Numbered from the whole stretch's first letter, positions 1 to 13,625 are shown. The stretch: DNA of 63,523 nucleotides, filler included, from Octopus bimaculoides (GCF_001194135.2; 10 parts of 8 records of this genome joined end to end with filler, not necessarily neighbours in it); one strand, 5' to 3'. Numbers and translations: made by a program. The notes: a model not told the origin generated them from the letters alone.

Positions 1-49
1 ATATGCATATATATATTTATACACAGACACACACACATATATATGTATT

Positions 50-80
<31 letters not shown>

Positions 81-617
81 TTGTATGTATATTAATGTAA
101 TACGAGAATTGATGTGACCAATTTAGATTATTTTATAGTTTTTAATGTTTTGACATCTTTTAACTACTTGCTGTTTAGTCCTAAGTTAAGTCCAGATTGA
201 ATAGACTTTTTATCAAAGACGTTCCGATCGTGCGTGACCACACCATCGCTCTGTATAACGGGAGCTATATTATCCAAAATATTCTTTGCTAGCGGAGGAG
301 GGAGTGGAGAAGAAGCAGTAACTGCAGCACCAGTTTTTGCAAGTCAGAAGCATAAACTGTTCGGGTATAAAGTAGTGGACACGAAGACGAACAAAGACAG
401 GGGGAAAAAGTCAAACAAATAAAATAAGAAAAGGTGAAAGCTGTAGATCGAACGATAAACAAGACGAGTTATGAGAACATTGTCTTCTCATTAATAAAGG
501 CGGTGAAAGCATAGACACCACTAATATTTTGGATGGATTGAAGCCGGTATTTGTCCGTTTAAGAACCGCAGGGCCAGTGTAATGTAATGTCGAATAGTAT
601 ATTGTCTCAATATATAT

Positions 618-822
618 GTGGGCGCATGACCCAGTGGTTAAGGGTGTTGCAGTCACGATCGCGAAATCGTAGTTTCAATACCTGGACCGGGTGGTGCGTT
701 ATGTTGTGTTTCTGAGCAAAACATTTCATTTCACGTTGCTCTGCGTTTACTTCGATATTTGACGTCTGGTACACCGAGCACTTGTTCAGGCAACGTCGAT
801 TTAATGGAGAGCGTGAACTAGT
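618..822 (+). mobile_element. Degenerate tRNA-derived SINE
   Basis: Head GGCGCATGACCCAGTGGTTAAGG with decayed B box (GTTTCAATACC), then TGTTGTGTTTCTGAGCAAAACATTTCATTTCACGTTGCTC, which is shared with the copies at 25.6 and 38.7 kb. Confidence 0.7.
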
Positions 823-1453
823 TTATTGAAATCTGTATTTTAGCAGTTCGATGAATAGATTTCAATACATTACTACGCGACTTTACAAACATAAATTTCC
901 TTTCATTTTGTTCAGTATAATTTCATTTGTACATATTTCTGTTTTGACAACATCAAGCCATTCCAGGACAACTTTTAATTCTCGGTTAATTATTATTATT
1001 ACTATTAAACTGAATCATTAGTTTAATGATAATTCTAGATAAGAAAGTCAAAGAAGACATTTCTGAAAACCAAAATGATTGAAATTTGAATGAAGAAATG
1101 TAGTGGCGAGGGTTAATCTGAATAAATCTAGTGAAAACCCTGGACATATTTCGGTGTTATTAGACCTCCTCGGGGAAGCATAGCCTTACCTGTGCATACC
1201 AGATCTGAAAATGATAGACTATCAGACGCATGCCTAATTACCAATGGCCTCTCTCGCATCAATGCAATGTACGGCACAAACATTTGGTTACTATAAACAA
1301 ATCATTCGTGCAGGTTGTTCAGCAAGAAATTGCAGATCCATCTATCTCAGACGACGAGAGACTACCTAAAAACAAAAAAGAAAAATTGTCTCGTTAGAAA
1401 ACAATGTGAAACTTACATCTGTTATAACCGCTCTTTTTTCCCCCTTTTTCCAG

Positions 1454-1509
1454 AAAAACGTATCCAACAGACAAGAGGCTCCAGAATGAAATACCAGACA
1501 TATCAGACA
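1454..1509 (+). CDS. Candidate internal exon of an unidentified gene
   Basis: Long pyrimidine tract ending TTCCAG at 1453 and donor GTGAGT at 1510; two of three frames open. No homology recognised. Confidence 0.3.
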
Positions 1510-1565
1510 GTGAGTGATGTAACTTCTGTTTGCTTTTCGTTTACTTTGTTTCCATTTATCTATAT

Positions 1566-1623
<58 letters not shown>

Positions 1624-1814
1624 NNNNNNNNNNNNNNNNNNNNNNNNNNNNNNNNNNNNNNNNNNNNNNNNNNNNNNNNNNNNNNNNNNNNNNNNNNNNN
1701 NNNNNNNNNNNNNNNCACACACACGTAACACATATATATGCCCAAACTGAAATGCTGGAGTTATTTCACTTTTTCCAGAAAAATGTTTTTAAAAAGTTAT
1801 AGAGGTTTTTAAAA

Positions 1815-2434
1815 AGTTATAAATCTGTTGGTGCCAAATCAGGAGGGTACAGCGGGTGTGGCAGCACTTCCCAGCCATGCGTTTGAATGGCTTCCTTGGT
1901 CATATTGCCGATATGAGGGCGAGCGTTGTCGTGTAGCAGAAGAACTCCATGCTGACGATTAGATCTTTACTCTTGAATAGCCGTGTTGAGTCGTTCCATC
2001 TGTTGAACATAGAATTCCGCGTTGACCGCTTAGTTCCGTTCAAGCAATTCGTAATGGATAATCCCTTCCCAGTCCTACCATACGCACAACATCGTTTTAC
2101 GCGGATGACGATCTTGTTTCACGCACAGTGTCACTTGTTTACCGGGGCTAAGCCAATCCTTCCGCTGCTTCATATTGATGTACAAGCACCATTTTTCGTC
2201 GCCAGTAACGATTCGGAAAAGAAATCGTTGCTTGTGTCCATGAGTTGAGCGGTGACGAACAAGCAAACCAGTGGAGATTGTGGCTCGTTGATTTTTGTTG
2301 TCACTTAAAGCATGCGGAACCCATGCTCCATACTTCTGAACCTTTCCCATCGAGTGAAGATGCTTCTCTATAGCAGTGTGAGAGCATTCCATTTTCTCTG
2401 CCAGTTCCCTTGTCGTTTGACGAGAATTTCCGTG
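1815..2434 (-). mobile_element. Mariner (D34D) transposase pseudogene fragment
   Basis: Minus-strand translation gives WVPHAL, IVTGDEKW, HDNARPH and YPPDLAPTD with stops and frameshifts; cut by a gap at 2435. Confidence 0.95.
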
Positions 2435-2534
2435 NNNNNNNNNNNNNNNNNNNNNNNNNNNNNNNNNNNNNNNNNNNNTTAATTAATTAANNNNNNNNNN
2501 NNNNNNNNNNNNNNNNNNNNNNNNNNNNNNNNNN

Positions 2535-2567
<33 letters not shown>

Positions 2568-5057
2568 TGCTTTGAGAAACGTTTTAATACCTGTTTTTAT
2601 ATCATTGCAATAACGTAACGTCTAGAAAGGTATTTAAATCTATGTATGTAATTGTCTCGTTGTTTCTGCCTCTCTTTCTCTTTATATGTGTGTATGTATG
2701 TATGTATGTATGTATGTATGTGTGTATGTATGTATGTAAGTATGTATGTACGTATGTACGTATATGCATATATATATATATATATACACACACACATATA
2801 TCGAAATCGATTTGCCTCTCAATACATACGTCTGTGTGTGTCTGTCTGTCTGCCTGTGTGTGTGTATGTACAGATAGATTATTAAATACATATATAGTTA
2901 CGGCTGTGAGAGATGCGCGAGTGTGTGTGAGTTTATATACAAGCGTGAGTAAAATCAATACTTACCGAACCTTGGATATGCTTTGGTATACAAACCCAAA
3001 AATTACAGATGCACAAAAAATAAAATAAGGTAAGAAACCTTCCAAAGGCAATGTTAATGGTGTGATGTATGCGAGGAACATCTAGTCGCAAAGAAACTTT
3101 CTAACTGATAAAATAATGAACTCCATATTTAGAATTATACAACTAAAGCATGTGTTAAATATTAAAGTATTATTTTAGTGAAGATGTTTTTGCGTTTAAT
3201 TTAGTGTTATATTTCGCTATTAGTAAATCCACAATATTCATATTGATTTAAGAATGGAATTTCAAAAGAAAACCGTCATTGTCTCAATGGTTCAATCTTA
3301 TTTCTTACACAAACATTTAATTGAGTTGCATTGGGCCATGGCTGCAAACGAATCACCAAACAACAAGATAATATCCTAATTGGTCTACGGAAGTTAACAA
3401 ATTTAGTCATGAACCTTCATTCGCATTTGCAATGAAATATGTATAAATACATTGTGTGTCTAAAATACGTTCTTAATTTTATTAGTGAGTTGATGTTAAT
3501 AATGACATTGTTAGATTCTGAAGTTGTAAGACGGTGCAGTAAATGTTGCATTATTATTTTATGATATGTTTTCATCATAACAGAGCCTCATCATAATTAT
3601 TATTCATATAATATTTGTGTAGTTTGCCAATTCTTATTATTTACTTCATCAGTTGTTTTGGCGTGGATTAAATTGATCGTGCTTTTTCTATTCTCTGTCC
3701 TAGACAGTTACTAACTATCACTACGTGGGCCGTGACGATATATGTTCCAGTCGATCCGATCGACTGAAGAAACCCCTTAAATTAACGACCAAGGGCTGAA
3801 TACTTCACAGACACATGGAAAATAGATGTGAAGATAGGGTGTTCTTTCCATAACATTCATTGATTCTATCAGTCGCTTTATTTGTCTGTGTCGCAATGTA
3901 TCTAATCTTAGTAATACTGTTCAATATATTGTGTTCCCCGATATAGTGTCTCGAATATGGTCCATATTTGGAGCCAATTGTCACCCTTATTCTTGGTATA
4001 CAGGTCACCTTCTGAGAAGTGAAAGGTAAATTCAGATGTGTCTGAATAGAAGCATTCTCATATCTATTGATCCCTCGGAATATGCTTTAGTGTCTGATAT
4101 GAGTACGTTTCCTTTTATTACCGTATTTGTAGGCCAAGAGATATAATTTTGTGAGAAGCTAAGAGATATAATTTCATACTTCATTCTATAGTAGGTTGTT
4201 TGATTTGATGATGGGTAAACACTTTGTCAAGTTCATATTGATTGATACTGTTACTGATGACGTTTGTGGACACAGTTTCGACGGCCATGGTGGAAATTAT
4301 GCCAACTTTCTCATTCTTCTGAAACATTTCAAAGAATTTATCAGATGACCAGCTAGATTACAAGGAAGATTTGCATTACTGGCCTGGACAACACTAGTGA
4401 AAATTATGCCAACTTTCCATTTTTCGGAAGACAAAAAAACCAAAAATACAGAAAAACTACAAATTATTCAAGAGCTGACAAAGCAGATAACCAAGAAGAT
4501 AATCCGTATTTTCTTGATATATTTTCCTGGAAGAGTTTCTGCAGTCTTTTGCTGAAATATTCTATGTTTGTAAGATAGTCTGTTAAAGTCTGTCAAACCG
4601 GCCATGATGAAATACCACAAGGTATAGAAAATACGTATTCGCCTTTATATATTTAATCCTTTATATTGAACATTCACTATTTCATCTATTCAATAAGACA
4701 TATTCCATATATTCAATAAGACATTCAATACTTTATTTCATTGTACCATCCATTTTTATATTATATATTGTATATTCCATATTCTATATCCCACATTAAT
4801 TTTACAAGAATATAAATAAAACATAAAAAACAGACAGAGTTGAGTTGGAACTCTTTTAAACAAAATTATATATATANNNNNNNNNNNNNNNNNNNNNNNN
4901 NNNNNNNNNNNNNNNNNNNNNNNNNNNNNNNNNNNNNNNNNNNNNNNNNNNTTAGTATATGCTGGAAAAGCTAGTACACAGATTTGAGTCCAATGTTCCC
5001 GATTATAATGCCCAATATGTTTTTCTTTAGCAAATTGAAGCAATATCTATATATCTG

Positions 5058-5150
<93 letters not shown>

Positions 5151-6719
5151 CAAGAAGAGAAAATCTTTCAAATATGAGAATATGAGTTTTACTTGGTCCA
5201 CTCGAACCATTGTTAAACACAGCAAATTCGATTGTTCTGCGGAAACTTTTTCTAGGTGTAGCAGAGCGATGATACTTTGAAGTATTTATAAATGTAATTC
5301 TTGTATGCATTAATTAATGTAAGAGGTCGATTAAGTGCGACAATAGCTTTACTTTCAATGGGATCTACGCATATAAAAAAGGTCACAATATTTTGGCAAA
5401 ACGAGCAGCAGCTATGAAGCAATTTGGACTGCAACGGCCTGCGTGATAGCAACCACCGCACTTGAAAGGTGATGCATGAACACGACTCTTTTGTATAACG
5501 AATATCTATATATTCTCCTTGAAGGTTTATTTCTTCCACGAAACGCTAAAAAGACTTCTTAGAAATATCATAGTACTTATTAGTATCTAAAAGTTAATAA
5601 AGAATGTGTCTTTAGAAACCAATATATATCGAAATAAAACATATGTGAGCGTGTTTGTATGTGTATATGCACACAAACACACACACACACACACCCACAC
5701 ACACACACACGCACACCCACACAGACACGCACACACACACACAAACACAAACACACTCAAATATAGATAGACGTACACCTATATTTAAGAAACGTAGCAT
5801 GAGATATTGCCCGACGCATTCAGGTTTCGATTTTCTGTCTCCATAGAAAAACGCAGAATCAAATATAATGTGTATCCTGCTTTTGAAGTATTGATTAATG
5901 TATTTTTTCTGCGTCTTCGACCCAGCTAAAAACGTATTGCATAATGTATACTTCGAGAAACTACAAACTAGTTAACAATCATTAAAATATTAAAACTTGT
6001 AAGCTTTCACAATATTAAATAATTTAATGGATATACCGTTTAACACACGTAGATAGAGATTAACAAGAATTCATTAATGATATTTTTAAACTAGCCACCC
6101 AAACAAACAACCAACTAACCAACCAACACGAATAATATACACTTGCAATTCTCAATTATTATTCACAAGATAAAATTAATTGTTCTGAAATATATGCAAC
6201 TTTCTTGTTTGTTTATTTGTGTATGCTTTCAATTCTTACTAGCGACCCCGTGCTGACAAAACTGACGGTTAATTGTAGTATTTTATATATAAATAAGGTA
6301 TAATATAAGGTAGATAATAATCACAGATTCAAACATTCACATACTTCCCTTGTACACATACGCGCATATACTCACAGAAATTTGAAGCAAGTTGCATCGA
6401 CACCAAAAATTTAAAAAAATAAGTACGGTCAAGTATAGAAACTTCTCTTCGTCTTCATTCAACTGAGTCTTCAAGATAATTCATCAGCTTTTTTACGAAT
6501 TCCTATACGTATCCTGGAATAATCACAGAGAACTCAGTCGACAGAAGATTATCAAAGATCTCCAACTCAAACGGAACTTGACCAAAACATAACATCTTGA
6601 TGTCGCCAGAATTATCAGGCAGAAACCCACCTGTCTCACTATTTGAGCGTTTAACTGCTAATCAACACATTTATCTCTCTATATATCTATCTATCTATCT
6701 ATCTCTCTCTATATCTATA

Positions 6720-6751
<32 letters not shown>

Positions 6752-7521
6752 CATCCATTCATCCATCCANNNNNNNNNNNNNNNNNNNNNNNNNNNNNNN
6801 NNNNNNNNNNNNNNNNNNNNNNNNNNNNNNNNNNNNNNNNNNNNNNNNNNNNNNNNNNNNNNNNNNNNNATATATATATATATATATATATGTATGTATA
6901 TGTGCATATATATGTACATGTATATATATTAATATATCTTTTTGTGCAAGCGTACGCATGTGTATGTATATATACATACGTACATGCATATATATATATA
7001 TATATATACGTATATATATATATTTATACATAGACATATACTCTTTCTCTTTCTCCCCCTCTCTTTCTCTCACTCACATATACACATATAAAGAGTGAAA
7101 AGAAAATATAAGATATATAAATTTGATGCGTGCACAGTCATAGATAAATAGCTAAAGTAGAACGATATATAGAATTATAAATATGTAGATACAATCGAAA
7201 TGAAAGTGAAACTGTTTGAAAAATTAATACAAGGACTTTAAAATATTTGTGGATCTCTAATTTATGAGTTGAAATACATCAGAGGCCAATGTATTGATCC
7301 ATCATTTGGAGTCGATAACTTATAAAGCCAAACCTACACGTTATATTCAGGAGAACGTCGGTCGCGAAGCTTTGCAGTATTCGTAACAACTATATAGACG
7401 GAGATCTAAAGCACGTGAATCAGGCACTTAGTTCCAAAATAATTGTCTATTTTCAGTTTACTACTAATTGTAATCAAGACATTTCTGCATTCACTCTGTA
7501 AATAAACACGCACACACACAC

Positions 7522-7622
<101 letters not shown>

Positions 7623-7630
7623 TACAAATA

Positions 7631-8023
7631 TTGTTGTTGTTGTTGTTGGCACTCCGTCGCTTACGACGTCGAGGGTTCCAGTTGATCCCATCTACGGAAC
7701 AGCCTGCTCGTAAAATTAGCGTGCAAGTGACTGAGCACTCCACAGACACGTGTGCACTTAACGTAGTTCTCGGGGATATTCAGCGTGACACATTGTGACA
7801 AACTGACCCTTTGAATTACAGGCACAACAGAAACAGTAAGTAAGAGTCAGAGAAAGTTGTGTTGGAAGAGTACAACAGGGTCGCCTTCATCACCTGCCGG
7901 AGCCTCGTGGTGCTTTAGTTGTTTTCGCTCAATAAACACTCACAATGCCCGGTCTGGGAGTCGAAACCGCGATCGTATGACCGCGAGTCCGCTGCCCTAA
8001 CAACTGGATCATTGCGCCTCCAC
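7631..8023 (-). mobile_element. Near full-length tRNA-derived SINE (family A, (AAC)n tail)
   Basis: Minus head GTGGAGGCGCAATGATCCAGTTGTTAGGGCAGCGG...GGTTTCGACTCCC; body near-identical to copies at 29.5, 40.6, 43.1, 47.7 and 58.3 kb; ends in an AAC repeat. Confidence 0.9.
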
Positions 8024-8141
8024 ACACACACACACACACACNNNNNNNNNNNNNNNNNNNNNNNNNNNNNNNNNNNNNNNNNNNNTTAATTAATTAANNN
8101 NNNNNNNNNNNNNNNNNNNNNNNNNNNNNNNNNNNNNNNNN

Positions 8142-8178
<37 letters not shown>

Positions 8179-8463
8179 GGGCTACGATCAAACTGCTCCT
8201 TATCTGATCGTGTTTCCTTATTTAAAACCAGCCCCTTTTATAGTTGATTTGGTAAGGGAAGTGGTCGGGGTGTTGTTGGTGGCGCCGGTGGCGATGCTAA
8301 AAGCAAGAAGGGATATCGTTAGTTACTGACAGAGAAGTGTGTGTGTGTATGTATGCATGTATGTATGGATGTGTGTATGCATTTATGTTTGTATATATGC
8401 ATGTATGTTTGTATGTATGTATATCTGTATGTACGTATGCATGTCTTTATCTATGTATCTATG

Positions 8464-9938
8464 TGATTGTTCAGTTTTATTTCAAGATTTATTGTCAATA
8501 GAGAGGGAGGGGGTTTCTAACCTAGATCCAAGGTTCCTTCATTGGAATTTCAACATCAACAACAGGGTATGTATGTTTGTATGTATGTATGTGCAGATTT
8601 GTATGTTTTATGTATGTCTTCTCATGCATATAGTTACATATCTAAACATGCTCATATATATTTAAATGATAAACTTCTGGAAAGTTTTACAAATTTTTAC
8701 TGTTCCAGTGATGGATTGGATCTGTAGTCTTCGAATTAACTTTCTCCCTTCTAGTTTTGAGAAACCTAATTTCTCAAGATTGCTATTTAGGCAATGTGTT
8801 ACTTATCCTAGGACCCCAATAATTACAGGTAGAAACATGACCTTGTAATCTGGATAGAGTAACTGCAGATTTCTCAATAGTTCAGCGTAGGTGTTCTCTT
8901 TTTCATTGATCTTCAGCCTTATGTTAACATCCGCTGGGCAACTAATTTCCACAACTGTACACAGTTTCTCTTCTATATCCCAAATCATTATATCAGGTCT
9001 GTTGTGCTTACATTTTATTGAGGTCTTCACTGGGACATCCCACCAGTATTCCTTTTTATTATGAGTGGCTATGACTTCTACCATACTGTGAGTTCTTATT
9101 TCTTTGTCTTTGTAGTTATCTTTCCGACGGATTTCATTATAGATTGCCCTAGCTACAACATCATCAGTAGATAATAGCATGGTGACGTTTTTGGACAACT
9201 GCTTATGATGTGAGTGATATTTTCGGTGTTAACTCCACAAAGTCTGCATCGGTTGTCACGTTTTACTGCATTTCCCACATCTCTACCCCTTTTGTGCATC
9301 AGGTATTTGGTTAATATTTCCTGTTCCTGAATTGCAAACGCATACCCTTCAAAGTGGGAGGTAGTAATCCGGCTCTTAGTCTTTGATAAACTGCTTTGAT
9401 GATCGATGTTACTATCATCACGGAGCTTTCTACTAACATATCCATGCATAGTCATCTGCTCATTTAGGTTCATCCTTTCATCTGATGATACATTGCGGTA
9501 GAGTCGTGCGACTTCTTTGGGCAGGTATTTAAGGTTATCAGACAAAGAGTGTTGCTCAAGGGGCTGCCTTCCAAGTCTTATGATGTTATCAGCCTCAAGT
9601 TTGCAAACTTGGTCAAGGGATGCACGTCAACACTTGGTGGTTAAAAGATGTTGCCGAAGGGATATGATGTGACAGTCAAAGGCATTTTGGATCGATGTTA
9701 AGCCCCTTGCCGCTTTGTTTTCGTTTTAGGTAGGGGCAGTCTACGTCACTGTTTATGTGGAAATTATGTGTGCTTGTTAGTATTTTTCGGATTTTCATAT
9801 CAATAGCTCGGGTCCCATCAAGCGTCCAATCAAGCAGCCCAAATATTGGTATGAGTACTGTGCCAGTACAAACACATCATGAGCCACTGTTTTATTGAAT
9901 GCAGAGAGTTTTGAGGTCCAAATTTCCTTTATTCGGCT
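8464..9938 (-). mobile_element. 5'-truncated, disrupted R4/Dong-like non-LTR retrotransposon (RT thumb, CCHC knuckle, restriction-like endonuclease, 3' UTR)
   Basis: Hand translation: IWTSKLSAFNK...IDMKIRKILT...NSDVD; EGYAFAIQEQEI; CRLC...HIISSC; WWD...NRPDI...VEISCP...EKENTY...LYP. Frameshift near 9170 removes the RHD motif and an in-frame stop lies at 8803; coding ends at about 8662. Confidence 0.88.
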
Positions 9939-9972
9939 CTATGTATGTATGTATGTATGTATGTATGTATGT

Positions 9973-10012
9973 CATTGTTCGGTCCTATTTCAAGATTTCT
10001 TGCCAATAGAGA
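9973..10012 (-). mobile_element. Second, very short 3'-end stub of the same R4/Dong-like family
   Basis: CATTGTTCGGTCCTATTTCAAGATTTCTTGCCAATAGAG matches the 3' terminus at about 8465-8505 (ATTGTTCAGTTTTATTTCAAGATTTATTGTCAATAGAG). Confidence 0.7.
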
Positions 10013-10088
10013 TAGACTAGTATCTATATATGTATGCTTGCATCCATACATGTATTTATGCATGTATTATATGTATCTTTCACCTTTA

Positions 10089-10300
10089 TCTTTTACTTGT
10101 TGCACTCATTAGTTTGCGGCCATGATGGTGCAATGCCTTAAAGAATTTTAGTCAAACGAATCGTTCCCGGGACATTTTAAAACCCTGGTAGCTATTCTAT
10201 CGGTTTCTGCTAAGTTACAGGGGTGCAAACACACCAGCATCGGTTGTTATTAAGTGGTTGTGGGGTGGGGGGGCAAACACAGACAGAAAGATACACACGT
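10089..10300 (-). mobile_element. SINE family B, 3' portion
   Basis: CTTTTACTTGTT...GCGGCCATG...GCTAAGTTACAGGG...CATCGGTTG, shared with the 31.2 and 56.0 kb copies. Confidence 0.7.
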
Positions 10301-10311
10301 ATTAATATATA

Positions 10312-10342
<31 letters not shown>

Positions 10343-10383
10343 CTTTATATAATATTGAGCAGAGTGTTTATATATATGTATAT

Positions 10384-10420
<37 letters not shown>

Positions 10421-12003
10421 GGGCAGGGAATTGCCAATTAGTAATAAAATTAATNNNNNNNNNNNNNNNNNNNNNNNNNNNNNNNNNNNNNNNNNNNNTT
10501 AATTAATTAANNNNNNNNNNNNNNNNNNNNNNNNNNNNNNNNNNNNNNNNNNNNAAGAAAAGCTCTACTTTGTAATTTGTCCATTTTCTGTATTTAGCCC
10601 TGTGTGGCTATAATAAAAAGATATCTATATTTATCTATCTATCTGTATCTATCAATCTCTCTCTCTCTATATATATATATATATTTGTATATCTATCTAT
10701 CTATTTATCTATCTATCTATCTACATATATATATATATATATTTTTGTATATCTATCTATCTATATGTATATACCTTGCTGACTAGCCCATTGATGCCAG
10801 GCAATTTTCACTGTTCTACGTTACGGAGTGGGACGATACCTGGGTTTGAAGCCGACGTAGCAAGGTTGGAGCTGGAGATGTGTCGTATATATGTATATTT
10901 GTAAGTATATATACAAATAAAATATATTTGGATATTGTATTCGCTAAATCAAGTGGAGTAGACGACAAGCACCAGCTGAGATGTACAAAGGTACTGTATA
11001 ACGTTGTGTGTGTTCATGTGCATGCATGCATGAACGTATATAATTTGTAAGTTCAGCATAATTACAATGTATATAGCTACATATTGAAATTTACGATGTA
11101 AATCGGAGTAAGTAATGAAACAGCTGTTACCATAGGGATAGGGAAAATTTGTACGACTGTATAAATATTTTTTCAAAATTTGTAGCAGGAATAGTCTACC
11201 TGGGGGCATATAATTTAATGTGCTGTTTCCTTTTTAAAAAATAAAACCGTCGTGTGGTGACTTAATAGACGATCAACCTCCCTTCACGAAAATTAAATTT
11301 AATGTCAACCACAAAATTAACTACGTCTCAAAGCAAATAGTTAAATATTGAAAGAAATATAACATCATTTAATTTGTTCCTTACTTACATTTCATCGGGT
11401 AATTGTTTGGAACAATATCTTTAGATGTTCCAAGTGAAATCGGATGCTTCAATACAACGGATGATCAAGGGAATAATATAAAGCTCAATAGGGTCTTCTG
11501 GTCCTTTTAAAATATATAAACTGTCTCACAATAAAAAAATTACTTTCTAATATATAAAACGGAGAAATCAGTTTTCGGCAAACCATTCGTTCTAGACCTA
11601 AAATTGGCCGGAATATTGTAGTAGATAACAACACCACATGATGTCTCCTTCATTAGCTCGCCTATACCTACGGACATTTTTGTTGGGAAGGGAGCGAAAA
11701 CCGGATTTTGTCGCAACTTCCTGTCACGATTCGGCTCAAGCTCGCCATTTTGTCTACAATTTTAATCTTTTACATTTTATTTGTCTTAGTCATTTGACTC
11801 CGGCCATTCTGGGTCACTGCAATGAAGGGTTGAAATAATCGACCCCAAATCTTACTTTTTAAGCCAAGTACTCATTCTATTGGTCTAGTTTGCCGAACTG
11901 GTAGTTGAGGGACGTAAACGCATCAATACCGGCTGTCAAGCAGATTTCGGTAACAAACACAGGCACAAAGACATACACACATAAATACACACACACACAC
12001 ATA

Positions 12004-12111
<108 letters not shown>

Positions 12112-12562
12112 TACAGTACAAAGACATACACGGATGAATATACAGACACATACATACACACACACACACATATATATATATATAAGCTGCATTTAAAATG
12201 AAAGGTTAAGTAGTAGAGTTTAAGGTGTAGCATACAGACCTTGTTATGGGAATGTCCCTTGTTGTGCACCTGCAGAGCACGTTCACTGCATGGAGATGTC
12301 AAGCATCCGGTGTGGAGCACTTTCGTTGCTGGATGTACGTGGAGTATATTCTAAATTATTAATACGGAAGACAGAGTGTACTGGAAGCTTTATTTAGCAC
12401 AACGAACATTTCAGCTTATTTCTGCACTGCACCACTGTGGATGGGGGACGATGTAATGGAACCGAATACACCACAGAGTGCAGAAGAAACCGTCTCAGGC
12501 CATGTAAAGCGGTTCAGCGCTATAAGATGTACATTTCGCTGATATCTCTGGCAAGATAATAC

Positions 12563-12638
<76 letters not shown>

Positions 12639-13074
12639 ATAAATAAATATGTATGTTATCTCCCCTTCTTGTTAACTCTCCTGTGCGACCCTTTTGTCCG
12701 GCATTCGCCATGATAGATCGCTAACCACTACACATTTTTTTTCNNNNNNNNNNNNNNNNNNNNNNNNNNNNNNNNNNNNNNNNNNNNNNNNNNNNNNNNN
12801 NNNNNNNNNNNNNNNNNNNNNNNNNNNNNNNNNNNNNNNNNNNNNNNNNNNNNNNNNNNNNNNNNNNNNNNNNNNNNNNNNNNNNNNNNNNNNNNNNNNN
12901 NNNNNNNNNNNNNNNNNNNNNNNNNNNNNNNNNNNNNNNNNNNNNNNNNNNNNNNNNNNNNNNNNNATATAATAATAATAATAATATTAGGGACAAAATC
13001 CAAAATTACAGGTAAAAACTCAATTAAAATCAATTTATAAAAAATTAAAATTAAATTGAGCTTTATAGATAAAA

Positions 13075-13180
13075 TATATATAAAATATATAGTTTTAGGG
13101 AAACTAACCAAGTTTCAAGAACTCATCGATGAGTTCTTGAAACTTGGTTATTTTCCCTAAAACTATATATTTTATATATA
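13075..13180. repeat. 106-bp spacer-less palindrome
   Basis: Two 53-bp arms centred on ATCGAT (13127/13128) with a single mismatch. Confidence 0.95.
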
Positions 13181-13309
13181 TATATATGGAGATATTTTTA
13201 TCTAAACATGATTTTCTTTTCTAATTATTTCATATCTTTTTATTTGTGAGTGTGGAATAGACACTGAAAACTCTTTCAGAATTGATAAAACAACAGTAAT
13301 AATAATATT

Positions 13310-13625
13310 AATCCTTTCTACTAAAGGCACAAGGCCTTAAATTTTGTGGGTAGCGTTCTAGTCGATTACCTCGACTTCAGTGTTAAACTGGAACTTAATT
13401 TATCGACTCCGAAAGCATTAAAAGACAAATTCGACCTCGGCAAATTTTGAACTGAGAACGTGACGGACGAACTGCCACTAAGTATTTTGTCCGGTTTGCT
13501 AAGGATTCCGCCATCTCACTGCCTTTATGAAAGACAAAGTCGATGCGGTGGAATTTGAACCCAGAACGTGAAGAGCCGAGAGAAATGCCGCTCTGTATTT
13601 TGCCCGATGTGCTAGAGATACTTCT
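13310..13625 (-). mobile_element. SINE family C plus a second partial head in tandem
   Basis: GCACAAGGCC...GTCGATT...AAATTCGACCTCGGCAAATTTTGAACTGAG..., followed by a second GCGGTGGAATTTGAACCCAG segment. Confidence 0.75.

Noticed and set aside
234-560. Purine-rich unique segment with a 62-aa ORF
   Set aside because: No homology recognised and no convincing splice boundaries; the ORF start lies in a decayed repeat.
2479-2490. TTAATTAATTAA recurring inside N runs (also near 8086, 10499, 27578, 35723, 38825, 43485, 54812, 59711)
   Set aside because: Assembly gap marker: where counted it is 44 N + 12 nt + 44 N = 100 bp, and it is a palindrome with TAA in all six frames. Not biological.
3805-4025. 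Open frames with splice-like signals on both strands (includes YIGE)
   Set aside because: No recognisable domain, no GIY motif, and the signals conflict between strands.
4291-4418. Direct repeat AAATTATGCCAACTTTC about 107 bp apart
   Set aside because: Only two short copies with unrelated intervening sequence; no supportable interpretation.
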